Part shown: positions 1-10,300 of the stretch, piece by piece
Position numbering within the stretch: the stretch's first letter is position 1
Layout: each line of letters starts with the position of its first letter
DNA from: a bacterium
Lineage (GTDB): Bacteria; SAR324; NAC60-12
Direction: 5' to 3'
DNA length: 64,000 bases
Assembly (NCBI GenBank): GCA_965209155.1
Contig: OZ242383.1
Location: 2,720,001-2,784,000 of the forward strand
Program-made: the position numbers and the translations under genes
The notes under the pieces: model-generated
Seen by the model: the letters and a program-made list of their open reading frames with translations, nothing else
The model's database searches: none
What the model was told of the DNA's origin: nothing

Positions 1-564
1 CCTTTCACTAGTTTGGATTATCAACTCCGTGTTCAATTGCGCCAGGATATTCGCGATATTTTAAGACGAAAAGAAGTCAGCGTCATTTTAGTAACCCATG
101 ATCAGTCGGAAGCATTCAATTTTGCGGATCGCATGGTCATTATGAAACAAGGAAACATCATTCAAGAAGGATCCCCGACCGGGATTTATCATACGCCCAT
201 AGATTCCTGGGTGGCTACCTTTGTAGGAGACGCCAATTTCCTACCCTATGAAACTGCTTCGATATATTTGGACTCCAATTCGCAAAAGCATGATGTCTCC
301 GATTGCGCTTACGATTCAATCCTGCAAAATAAATCAAAGCAATTGATGGTTCGTCCTGAAGATATTCTGGTACAAAGTACCCACCCTAAAAATGATCATG
401 GCATCATTCAACACATTGATTTTTCAGGAGATCAACAAGTATTAAAGATCCAACTATTGACAGGGAACCAGATCAAAGCCCGTGTTTCTTCGCGAGAAAA
501 CTGGCAGCGCGACCAGCACGTCACCATCAGTATAAAACATTTTACCGTTTTTCCCCATTCTTGA
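1..564 (+). CDS. ABC transporter ATP-binding protein, C-terminal part (FbpC/PotA-like; begins left of the window)
   Basis: Switch motif VILVTHDQSEA, ADRMVIM, FVGDAN and a VRPED TOBE-type C-terminus; Walker A lies outside the window. Confidence 0.85.
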   Translation, partial: PFTSLDYQLRVQLRQDIRDILRRKEVSVILVTHDQSEAFNFADRMVIMKQGNIIQEGSPTGIYHTPIDSWVATFVGDANFLPYETASIYLDSNSQKHDVSDCAYDSILQNKSKQLMVRPEDILVQSTHPKNDHGIIQHIDFSGDQQVLKIQLLTGNQIKARVSSRENWQRDQHVTISIKHFTVFPHS

Positions 565-612
565 TGGACTTACAACTCGTGGTTGACCCGATCTTAATCT
601 TTCTTAAAGAGG

Positions 613-641
613 TTGACAGGCTGAAAAAGTTTGGATAGACT
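613..641 (+). promoter_or_regulatory. sigma70 promoter of tRNA-Gly
   Basis: TTGACA (613-618), 17 bp spacer, TAGACT (636-641), 15 bp upstream of the tRNA. Confidence 0.75.
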
Positions 642-655
642 GAATCACTTTCCGA

Positions 656-731
656 GCGAGAATAGCTCAGCAGGTAGAGCGCAACCTTGCCAAGGTTGAG
701 GTCGCGGGTTCGAAACCCGTTTCTCGCTCCA
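656..731 (+). tRNA. tRNA-Gly (anticodon GCC)
   Basis: Acceptor stem GCGAGAA/TTCTCGC, anticodon arm CAACC-TTGCCAA-GGTTG, GGTTCGAA T-loop, encoded CCA; 76 nt. Confidence 0.97.
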
Positions 732-891
732 ATCTTCCTCAACGGCTACAAGAACTGATTTTCCTCGAGACAAATCGGAATGCTGTCAACAGGAAATCAA
801 GAAAATTTTTTAGCATATCGGAACGGAATTCTCGCATCGGCGTCGGCCCAGGGGAAGTCTCCCAAAGTTAAGCCATTCGCCACGATTGAGG

Positions 892-1989
892 TCATCCCAG
901 CTTTTTGGAAACAATGCGCTGCAAAATGGCCTGTCCGTGACGGAGCGCTTCGACGTCGAATGTCATTTCCGGATGGTGAAGCCCTGGTGTCAAGTCGGCT
1001 CCCAAGCCGATATAGGCGCTATTTAAATCCAGGGAATTGGTAAAGATGTGAAAATCTTCACTCCCCGCAGTCACTGCAGGCTCTGATGCTTTGCCCAAAA
1101 TTTCTTCAATTGTTTCTCCTACGAATTGAACCATGGCTTCATCATAAACGGCAGCGGGAGAACTCGTGATGGATTCAATCTCGGTGGTGGCTCCAATGGC
1201 GTTGGCGCTGTTCGTGATAGCGGTTCCTGCTTTTTCTTTCAATTCGGACATCACTTCGTCGGTTTCCGCTCTGAAATCAAAGACCACATCGGTACGGGCA
1301 GGAATGATGTTGTCGGCGATACCAGGAGTGTTGATCCGGGTTGCTTTCACGGAATGAGAAATATTCGGATCGGCCCTGACTGCATTGACGGCACTGATGA
1401 TCAACATAGCGGCTTCAATGGTATTGATCCCCAAATGCAACCTAGCGCTATGGGATGGCACTCCCTCGATTTTCACGCGAATACGATGACAGGCCGTATG
1501 ATAAACAGCCGGTGAGGCTTCTCCCAATCGACTATCACTCAGGGGTCGTAAATGAATCCCGACCAGTTCTTTTAAATCATCGAGTTTTCCGGTATCTACC
1601 ATCAATTGAGCTCCCTCCAGTGTTTCTTCAGCTGGTTGGAAGATAAACAAAGCTGTCCCCCTGGAAATTCCTTGCTCTGCAATCCCCTTTGCCGCCGCCA
1701 GCACCATTGCGGAGTGGGCATCGTGTCCACAGGCATGGATATCCACGACCTGGTCATTGATCACAAAAGGGAGGGAGTCCATATCGGCTCGCAACCCCAG
1801 CACGATTCCCTCCTTTCCGGAATCCAATCGACCAATCACTCCCGTCTCGCCGATTCCTTCTTCTACCTGGTAACCAAACTTCTTTAATTCCCCGGCAATA
1901 AATTGGGCGGTTTGATATTCCTGTAGTTTTTTTTCAGGGATTTGATGCAGGTGATGAAAAACTTCTTCTACATAATTGGTATTATTCAT
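892..1989 (-). CDS. M20 family amidohydrolase/peptidase
   Basis: LRADMD, HACGHD, FQPAEE, GSEDF and LHHP motifs; start placed at the ATG with a GGAG RBS (the ORF extends to 2025). Confidence 0.9.
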   Translation of the reverse strand: MNNTNYVEEVFHHLHQIPEKKLQEYQTAQFIAGELKKFGYQVEEGIGETGVIGRLDSGKEGIVLGLRADMDSLPFVINDQVVDIHACGHDAHSAMVLAAAKGIAEQGISRGTALFIFQPAEETLEGAQLMVDTGKLDDLKELVGIHLRPLSDSRLGEASPAVYHTACHRIRVKIEGVPSHSARLHLGINTIEAAMLIISAVNAVRADPNISHSVKATRINTPGIADNIIPARTDVVFDFRAETDEVMSELKEKAGTAITNSANAIGATTEIESITSSPAAVYDEAMVQFVGETIEEILGKASEPAVTAGSEDFHIFTNSLDLNSAYIGLGADLTPGLHHPEMTFDVEALRHGQAILQRIVSKKLG

Positions 1990-2458
1990 ATTCATTCTCC
2001 ACGACAGACTCTCTAAAGTATGCAATCCTTTGTTTGGAAGCTGAGAAATTCCATAACTTCATTATTCATATCACTCTGTTTTCTTGCTTTCAAGAGTGAC
2101 CGTTGGATAAAAGAAAGGAAATTCAAAGAATTGATTTTTTACGATAAAGGAAGCAGGTACTTTCTTTAGAACAAAACCTCATTTTCAAGTAAAGAGTATA
2201 ATATCCCTGCTGCTCCATTCAGATTGACAACCTGGCGTCCTTCAACATATTCTGAAAAGAAAACTTTTCAATGACGCATGTTTGATTGCTATTTTTTACT
2301 GTTATTCTGACCATAGGTACCTTTTAAAAAAAAGCAGGAATGGGTCAAACGATTAAATGGTTGATGTCCGGATTGGTTCTCATGCAAAAAAGTTAGTGCT
2401 CATTTACCGAAGAATTCATAACCAATAGACTCGGTCAACTGAGGAGGAGAAAAATCTT

Positions 2459-2992
2459 ATGAAATTGAGTTGGTCCCACGCTGTGTTGAATGTCCGCGAT
2501 CAAGACAAGATGCTGGACTTCTACACCAACGTTCTCGGCTTTGCAGTCACAGACCGGGGACCTATTGCTGAGGGGGCATCAGAGATTATCTTCATGAGCC
2601 AGGACCCGGACGAACACCACCAGCTTGCCATGGTGCAATTCAAGCAGGATGAGAATCCGGTCAACTCACTCAATCACTTCGCGTTTCGAGTCGAGTCCTT
2701 CGACGAATTAAAAAACCTGCATACCGAACTCGATACCAAAATGGGGATCAAAGTGACTCCTCTGTCCCACGGCAATACCCTCTCCATTTACTTCAATGAC
2801 CCCGAAGGCAATGGTATTGAAGTTTTCTGGGATACGCCCTGGCACGTTGCCCAACCTCAGAGCAAACCCTGGGACGTTTCATTGAACCAGGAGGAAGCAC
2901 TAACATGGGTAGAAGAGTCATTTCAGAACGAGCCGGGATTCAGGCTCAGGGAACATCACAATGACAAACGCAGAGCAGAAGCGGGAAGTTAG
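2459..2992 (+). CDS. VOC/glyoxalase family protein (catechol-dioxygenase-like fold)
   Basis: SHAVLNV, HHQLA, NHFAF and YFNDPEGNGIE motifs; GAGGAG RBS. Confidence 0.85.
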   Translation: MKLSWSHAVLNVRDQDKMLDFYTNVLGFAVTDRGPIAEGASEIIFMSQDPDEHHQLAMVQFKQDENPVNSLNHFAFRVESFDELKNLHTELDTKMGIKVTPLSHGNTLSIYFNDPEGNGIEVFWDTPWHVAQPQSKPWDVSLNQEEALTWVEESFQNEPGFRLREHHNDKRRAEAGS

Positions 2993-3462
2993 ATTTTCAA
3001 GTTCATTCTTTGTGCGTGAGTATTACTTGGACATGGTCAGGTACGATTCGCTCCCTCAACTCAAACAAACGTTTGCGTCCCTCGGATATACTTAACGCTT
3101 CCATGGTTTCCTTTTTATGAAAAAAGTCACCATAAAAATTTCAATGTACAATATGATGTACAAAATTAAAAGGAGAAAAGTAAGGAGAAAAAGAAAGAAA
3201 ATGGTTTCCATAATCCCCAATAATATCAATAACCTGCTTTTCAACTGAAAAAAATTAGAAAAAAATGCTTGACTTATTATAATATATGGCATATCTAGTA
3301 CTATTAAATTGCTTGGGAAGAGAGGACTTGAATCGAGTAATGTGAAAGCAAATCCTTCTCCCCGGGAATTTTTTTCTCATCCGTGCGGTCGAGCGCACGA
3401 TATCTCGATTCGCTCAATGGTGCAGCGGATCTTCTAATTTCATCTCAAGCGTAGGAGGAATC

Positions 3463-5250
3463 ATGCAAAAAAGCAAAACCAGGAAAATCCAATCATTGTT
3501 ACTGACCTTAATCCTGATGGTGACCGCCTTGGGGGTCAGTTCGGCCTTGGCGGCCGAGATGGTTGAAGACCCCACCACTGGCAAGATGATAGTTGCGCCT
3601 GAGTATGGCGGGACCATCACCTTTGCCACGACAAGATTTGGAGGAGTTGATCATGTCGACATGTGGTTCCATCACCACCCGGGTGAAACGGTCGCCGGTG
3701 TTTTGGAGAAGCTCGGTATCATGGACTGGGCCACTCCCAGGGAGCAATTCGACTTCAGGACAACCTACAAGCCTATGACTCTCTATACGGGACACCTGGC
3801 GGAGAGTTGGGAGCAGCCCGACCCGCTCACGACGGTCTTCCATATTCGCAAGGGGGTCCACTGGCAAAACAAGGCGCCGGTGAATGGCAGGGAATTTACC
3901 GCGGAAGATGCCGAATATAATTATCATCGTTATACAGGTACAGGCAGCGGCTTCACCGAACCCAGTTCCTATTGGAAAGCCAACGTGGGCAAGCTCGAAT
4001 CGATAGCAGCTACCGACAAATATACCCTGGTCTTCAAGCAGAAGGAGGTAGACCCTCTTTTCCTCGCAGCTGCAATGCTTAACTTGAATTTTATGTATGC
4101 CCCCGAGGTGATCAAGGAACATGGTGATGCGAAGGATTGGAGGAACCTGGTCGGTACCGGTCCCTTTGAATTTACGGATAGGGTGGAGGGCACTTCACAA
4201 ACCTGGATTAAGAATCCCAATTACTGGGATGTCGACGAAAAATTCCCCGGGAACAAGTTGCCCTATATTGACGAACTGAAGGGCCTGATTGTTCCGGAAC
4301 CGGCAACCCGGCTCTCCTTACTTCGCTCGCGGAAGATTGATTTTTTGGGTATGCCTGCCGGTTACGGTCAAATAACCTCCATGGACCAGGTGATGAGCCT
4401 CAAGAAAACCAATCCCGAAATCATGCTGGAGCCGATGTCCTATCGCTCTGAGACGTCGTGGGTTTTTAACACGCAAAAGGAACCATTTAACGACGTGCGG
4501 GTACGCCGCGCCATGCAAATGGCCCTGGACTTCAATAAAGACGGCCCCTTCGATAGATTCCACAATGGGCTCGCCGATTTGACGCCGCAGGGGTTTCTGG
4601 GGAAAGGTTTCATCGGATACGTCACCAATTTTGAGGACTGGCCCGAAGAGATAAAGCAATACTATGTCTATGACCCGGAAGGGGCGGAGAAGCTCCTGGA
4701 TGAGGCGGGTTATCCCCGCGGTGAGGACGGCATTCGATTCTCTGCCACGATGCATTATAGTCTGGCCTCGAACCGTTTGGAGCATGACCAGATCGCAGTC
4801 GAACAATGGAAAGCGATTGGCGTTGAAATCACGCTCGCGGGGGTGGATGGTTCTGGTTATGGTGCCAAATTGCAGGACGGCAGCGGGCAGTTTTTGGCTT
4901 TTATTTCGGGATACGAGTGGAACCCCGTGGGGCAAATGGGGCTGCTGGCTACCGTGGTTGATTCTCCATGGAATGTCGCCCAAGTCAAAGATCCGGTTTA
5001 TGACGCCATGTATGCCGCGATGTCAGGCGCTCAATCCCTCGAGGAGCAGATGAGGGCCTCGAAACCGATCGATATGTACTTTAATAATCAGCACTGGTAT
5101 TTATGGGGCGCGCGCGTTCCGCAGTTTCATGCCTTCCAGCCGTGGATTGTCGGTTACAATGGAGAAACCGAACTGGGAGACATGGACCGTATTCTCATCA
5201 TGGCCCGCCTTTGGATTGATAGCGCTAAGAAGAAAGAAATGGGCTATTAG
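3463..5250 (+). CDS. ABC transporter substrate-binding protein, family 5 (Opp/Dpp/Nik type)
   Basis: Signal peptide; LAESWE, GTGPF, KNPNYW, DVRVRRA and LLDEAGYP motifs; AGGAGG RBS. Confidence 0.9.
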   Translation: MQKSKTRKIQSLLLTLILMVTALGVSSALAAEMVEDPTTGKMIVAPEYGGTITFATTRFGGVDHVDMWFHHHPGETVAGVLEKLGIMDWATPREQFDFRTTYKPMTLYTGHLAESWEQPDPLTTVFHIRKGVHWQNKAPVNGREFTAEDAEYNYHRYTGTGSGFTEPSSYWKANVGKLESIAATDKYTLVFKQKEVDPLFLAAAMLNLNFMYAPEVIKEHGDAKDWRNLVGTGPFEFTDRVEGTSQTWIKNPNYWDVDEKFPGNKLPYIDELKGLIVPEPATRLSLLRSRKIDFLGMPAGYGQITSMDQVMSLKKTNPEIMLEPMSYRSETSWVFNTQKEPFNDVRVRRAMQMALDFNKDGPFDRFHNGLADLTPQGFLGKGFIGYVTNFEDWPEEIKQYYVYDPEGAEKLLDEAGYPRGEDGIRFSATMHYSLASNRLEHDQIAVEQWKAIGVEITLAGVDGSGYGAKLQDGSGQFLAFISGYEWNPVGQMGLLATVVDSPWNVAQVKDPVYDAMYAAMSGAQSLEEQMRASKPIDMYFNNQHWYLWGARVPQFHAFQPWIVGYNGETELGDMDRILIMARLWIDSAKKKEMGY

Positions 5251-5338
5251 GCTTTTGGGCTGATTGCCTAACAATGTGGGTCGGCAGCGTTGCTTCGTCG
5301 TCCCACGCTCTCCCGCTCATCCTGATTGTTCTCTCAGG

Positions 5339-5521
5339 TCATGCCACCAAATGCTTGATCCCCAATAAGGGCTGCTCGAGTTCCCGTTCTTTGGCTATCA
5401 GCTGAAAATCTGCTTGCAAATTCATGAGAAAATGAGAATCCACTTTGAAATACATTCCCAAAATTAAGGCCACTTCTGCAGAAAGAGAACGCTTCCCATC
5501 AATCACGCCCTTCAAGGTCAT
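5339..5521 (-). pseudogene. HigA-like antitoxin fragment
   Basis: GKRSLSAEVALILGMYF...FLMNLQ resembles the HigA HTH C-half; N-terminus and toxin partner are missing. Confidence 0.6.
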
Positions 5522-5561
5522 ATAAGGGATTCTCGTATCCTTTTAGAGATCAAAAAATGAC

Positions 5562-5594
5562 TTGCTATCGTCATAATTCATAGTAAAATGACGA
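5562..5594 (+). promoter_or_regulatory. Promoter with overlapping inverted-repeat operator (probably leaderless transcript)
   Basis: TTGCTA-16 bp-TAAAAT ends 6 bp before the ATG at 5596 and overlaps TCGTCAT-N13-ATGACGA; no RBS seen. Confidence 0.5.
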
Positions 5595-5595
5595 C

Positions 5596-6759
5596 ATGGT
5601 AGTCAAAAAAATATATCCACGTCTCATAAAACCTCCGCAATCCAGTTTCTTTTTGTTTGGTCCCAGGGGGATCGGCAAGAGTACTTGGGCCAAAGGTCAA
5701 TTTTCGGGGGCGCATCAATTTGATCTGCTGGACGAAGGTCTCTATCAGAACTTACTCGGCAATCCTTCCCTTTTCGGAGCGGAATTATCTACCTTACACC
5801 AGCAGTCATGGGTGATCGTCGATGAGATTCAGAGGCTGCCCTCCTTATTAAATCTGGTGCACCTGTATATGGAGGAAAGAGGATTACAATTCATTTTACT
5901 CGGTTCCAGTGCCAGAAATCTAAAAACAGCAGGCACCAATTTACTGGCGGGACGGGCCCTCAAAAAAATGATGTTTCCTTTAACGCCAGAAGAATTAGAA
6001 GATGATTTTTCATTAGAGGAAATTCTCCGATTTGGTGCGATTCCGTTAGTCTGGCAATCCCCCAGTAAAGCAGAGACGCTAAAAAGTTATGTGCAGTTAT
6101 ATTTGAAGGAAGAAATCCAGGCGGAAGCCTTGGTACGGAATCTTCCGGGTTTCACGCGCTTCCTGTCAATCGCAGCCCTCTTCCATGGGGCCCTCATCAA
6201 TATCGCCGGCATTGCCAGAGATTCCGGAACGGCCCGTACCACCGTTTCAGGTTTTCTGGATATTCTTGACGATACGCTCTTGACCTTTCGCTTGCCTGCA
6301 TTTGTGGGCAAATTAAAAGTGCGTGAAAAGAAACATCCCAAGCTCTACTGGGTGGATCCAGGATTAGTGAGAGCCATCAAAAAACAGCTGGGACCTCTTG
6401 CTCTGGAAGAACGTGGGCCATTATTAGAAGGTTGGATTCTTGGACTGCTGCGGGTTTATGGCGAAGAGAGCAATATTTTTCACGAGATTTATTATTGGTC
6501 GTCCGCGCACGCCACTGGGCATGAAGTGGATTTTTTATTGCAGCGTGACAATGAATATCTGGCCATTGAAGTGAAATCTTCCTCGAAATATAATACAAAA
6601 TTTTTGTCAGGATTAAGAGCCATTCAAGATTTGCCCGGATTAAAACGGCGCATTTTAATTTATTGTGGAGACAGGAATTTAAAAAGTGATGATGGTATAG
6701 ATATTCTCACCGTTCCAGCGTTCTGTAACGCACTTCTAAGGGATGCGCTTTGGAAATAA
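5596..6759 (+). CDS. AAA+ ATPase (AAA_14 + DUF4143 type)
   Basis: Walker A GPRGIGKS, Walker B IVDEIQ, LAGRA, KLYWVDPG and a C-terminal EVDF...AIEVK PD-(D/E)XK-like motif. Confidence 0.9.
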   Translation: MVVKKIYPRLIKPPQSSFFLFGPRGIGKSTWAKGQFSGAHQFDLLDEGLYQNLLGNPSLFGAELSTLHQQSWVIVDEIQRLPSLLNLVHLYMEERGLQFILLGSSARNLKTAGTNLLAGRALKKMMFPLTPEELEDDFSLEEILRFGAIPLVWQSPSKAETLKSYVQLYLKEEIQAEALVRNLPGFTRFLSIAALFHGALINIAGIARDSGTARTTVSGFLDILDDTLLTFRLPAFVGKLKVREKKHPKLYWVDPGLVRAIKKQLGPLALEERGPLLEGWILGLLRVYGEESNIFHEIYYWSSAHATGHEVDFLLQRDNEYLAIEVKSSSKYNTKFLSGLRAIQDLPGLKRRILIYCGDRNLKSDDGIDILTVPAFCNALLRDALWK

Positions 6760-6811
6760 GTTCAAAAAATGAAACTCAAAAAAAAATCGCATTTTTATCT
6801 TGACCTTCCTG

Positions 6812-7053
6812 TCCCCACCTCGAGGCTCTTCAAGAAGCCAGTCAACTCTTTGAAAAAGAACGAGAGCCATGGAAGCCAGAGCGCTTAGCACTCTGATTTA
6901 CCTCCCTGGCAAAGCGTTTACGATCATTATCGCCATTGGAAAAAACACGGGATTGTGGAGTGAACCTTCGCTTTTTGGCTCATGATCATAAAGAAGCGGA
7001 TCTCCTAGGTTGATAGATTTTTAATTTTTTTACGAATCCTGCATTTTTTTTAA
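6812..7053 (+). mobile_element. Decayed relic of the IS66-family element
   Basis: About 80 bp matching the transposase 5' region (about 26195-26276) joined directly to sequence matching the right-end region (about 27150-27310); no terminal IRs. Confidence 0.85.
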
Positions 7054-7115
7054 TCGACTTTCAATCAATCGGACACCTTTTCACAATTATGTCATGTGAT
7101 TGCTGTCCATTGTCA

Positions 7116-7311
7116 GCAGCGGTGACGTTGCCCGATGAGTCAAGCAGATAAACAATTCGGTTGACGAATGTTTGCTATTTGTTTACTTTCTATGTTCCGT
7201 AGCAGTGACGTTGCATGACTCTCTTTGATAAATAATTCGGTTGACGAATGTTTGCTATTTGTTTACTTTCTATGTTCCGTAGCAGTGACGTTGCCCGATG
7301 CGTCAAGCAGA
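7116..7311 (+). repeat. About 80-bp tandem repeat (about 2.4 copies) containing a duplicated sigma70-like promoter
   Basis: AATTCGGTTGACGAATGTTTGCTATTTGTTTACTTTCTATGTTCCGTAGCAGTGACGTTGC occurs twice; TTGACG-17-TACTTT at 7161 and 7241; GTGACGTTGC at 7122, 7205 and 7285. Confidence 0.85.
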
Positions 7312-7352
7312 ATCATTGATTTTTATTTGATATCCTAAATGGCAGGAGGACG

Positions 7353-10300
7353 ATGAAAGGCAAAATCAGCAAGCAATCCGTCGAAAATCTCTCATGCGAG
7401 AGAAAAGACCACTTCTTGTGGGACACGGAGCTGCCGATGTTCGGTTGTAAAATAACCCCCAAGGGCAGACGGGTGTATCTCCTGCAATACCGCATCAAGG
7501 GACGACAGAAACGCTATACCATTGGCACCCATGGGGTTTTGACCGCCAGGGAAGCCCGCCACCTTGCCAGGAAGATGCTGCATGAGGTGGTTCTGGGTCG
7601 TGATCCGGCAGATACGAAGAATAAAAAAGGAGATCAAAACGATAAATTGTCTCCTGGACCTCCAAAACCGGTTGTGAACAAAACGAAGTCCGTTTCCAGT
7701 GGGGAAAAACCTGAGATTCCGGGTTATTCGCTGGAGGAGGTCATTTTTGAAAGCAGCCAGACCTGGATCTGGCGCGGCAGGCGGCAAAGGGATGGGCTTT
7801 GGGTTCTGATCAAAGGCACGGCATCTTCCGAGCAGAGTGCGCAGGAGCTGGCGGAAATACGGCATGAACATGAGATCACGCAGGCTCTGGAGATTGATGG
7901 GGTCCTTAGGGCAGAGGAACTGGTGGCGTGTGAAAACGGATGGGCATTGATCCTTGAAAACACGGAAGGACTCCCTTTGAGAAAGCTGATGGATACCACC
8001 CGGCTCGACTTGCTGGACTCGCTGAAGGTAGCGCTTTCACTGACCAGCACCCTGAAAGAAGTGCACCGGCAGGGCATCTTGCATAAAATGATCAATCCGT
8101 TGAATATTTTTGTTGATCCGGCATCGGGGACGGTCAAACTGAGCGGCTTCGACCTGGCCATCCGGTTGCCTAAGGAAAATTTGACGACGTTGAGTCCCCT
8201 GCTGACCGGGGAAACCTTGCCCTATATCTCCCCCGAGCAGACCGGCCGGATGAACCGCCCCCTCGATTATCGCAGTGATTTTTATTCCCTGGGGGTCACC
8301 CTTTATGAACTTTTCAGCGGAAGGGTGCCCTTCCACTCCCGGGAGGCCATGGAAATCATCCACGCTCACATTGCACGGCAGCCCGTATCCCTGGACCAGG
8401 TGGCGCCGCAGGTGCCCAAAACCCTTTCTAATATGGTCATGAAACTGGTGGCCAAGCGTGCCGAAGCTCGCTACCAGAATCACTCGGGTCTGACAGCCGA
8501 TCTCCTGACATGTGTGGAGCAACTGGAAAAGCAGGGAAGCCTGTCCGACTTTCCCCTGGGTCGCTATGATATGCCTAAAGAACTACAGATCGCCCCGGGG
8601 CTTTACGGCCGGGAGAATGAAATCACCGCTCTGGAGGCTGCCCTGGAGCGAGTCAGCCAGGGAGCGACCGAGATGGTGTTGATCTCGGGATCCGCTGGTG
8701 TCGGCAAAACCGCCCTGGTCGGTGAAATCTATAAGTCCGTTGTCCAAAAAAACGGTTTCTTCATCTCCGGCAAGTTTGACCAGCTCCGGCACAATATCCC
8801 CTACAGCGCCCTGATCCAGGCGCTGCGGGGACTGATCCGGGAGATATCGGTCGCAAACAAATCCGGAATGGAGCGTTGGAAAATCAGGATACGGACTGCC
8901 CTGGGACCCAACGGACAACTGGTGACCCGGGTGATCCCGGAACTGGAACCGATGATCGGCCCGCAACCCCCGCTGCCGGAAATGGGAGCGCTGGAGGCCC
9001 GGAACCGCTTCACTGCCGTTTTACTGGAATTCCTCGACCTTTTCTGTGAAAAAACACATCCCCTGGTTATTTTTCTGGACGACTTGCAGTGGGTGGACGC
9101 CGATACCCTCAAGCTGGTGGAACGGATCGCTCAGGATCCCGAGAAGAAACCTCTGCTTTTCCTGGGAGCCTATCGCGACAACAAGGTGGATGCCGGCCAT
9201 CAGCTAACGGCTGCTATCGATGTGATTAAAAAAACAGGCCAGCCGCTGCAAAGGATCCCCTTAAAGCCCCTGAACCCGGAGAACATCTCACAACTGCTCG
9301 TCCATACCTGCCACTGCCGTCCTGAGGAGGCCAAACCGCTGGCCGAGGTCCTGGCGCGCAAAACCGGCGGCAATCCCTTCTTTGTGAGCCAGTTCTTGAC
9401 CGTACTCTCCGAGAAGGAGCTGATCTCCTACTCCCCTGAGGAAAAACGATGGACCTGGGACCTGGCTGCCATCGAATTCCTGGCGGTGACCGAGAATGTG
9501 GTGGATTTGCTGGTTGACCGGTTCCACCGGTTTTCCTCTGAAACCAGGCGACTCTTAAGCCTGGCGGCCTGCATCGGCAATACCTTTGACCTTGAATCGT
9601 TGGAACGGATCAGCGGAGCCGGAAGCAGGGAGATCTATGAGAACCTGTTGCCGGCCCTGGAAACCGGGTTGATCCTCGGTCTTTCCCAGGCTCCGCAACT
9701 GGATAATCCTCCCGCCGGAGCGAGCACGGAGAGCGGCAGCTTCAAATTCCTGCATGACCGGGTGCAGCAGGCTGCCTATGCTCTCATTGCCCAAAAGGAG
9801 AAACAGACGGTCCATCTTCAAATCGGCCAGAGCCTGCTCAAGCAATACGCTCTGGGAAAAAGGGACGCTCTGCTTTTTGACATCGTCCACCATCTCAACC
9901 TGGCCCGGAGGGTGAAGGATAAATGGAAAGAACGATCGCGTCTGGCGGAACTCAACCTGAAAGCCGGTCTTAAGGCCAGAGCGGCTTCGGCTTTTGAACA
10001 GGCCCTGAAATATTTTACTCTGGGCCTGGACCTCTTAGGAGCCGCCGCCTGGAAACGGCATTACCCCTTAACCTTATCCCTGCATGAGGAAGCCACGGAG
10101 ATGTCATCGCTCTGCGGACGCTTCGAGTTGATGGAGCAGCTGGCCGGTGCCGTGAAAGACAACGCTCGAGAGGACCTGGACCTGGTCAATGTTTATCGAT
10201 GCCGGATCAAGGCGTACACCAACCAGGGTGAATTAAAAAAGGCACAGGAAACGAGCGCGGAAATTCTGGAGAAACTGGGGTATCAACTGAGCCGTTTGTC

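Noticed and set aside
542..742. 66-aa - strand ORF
   Set aside because: Antisense to the tRNA and its promoter.
3092..3292. Hydrophobic 66-aa ORF
   Set aside because: Translation of the A-rich promoter region; no RBS.
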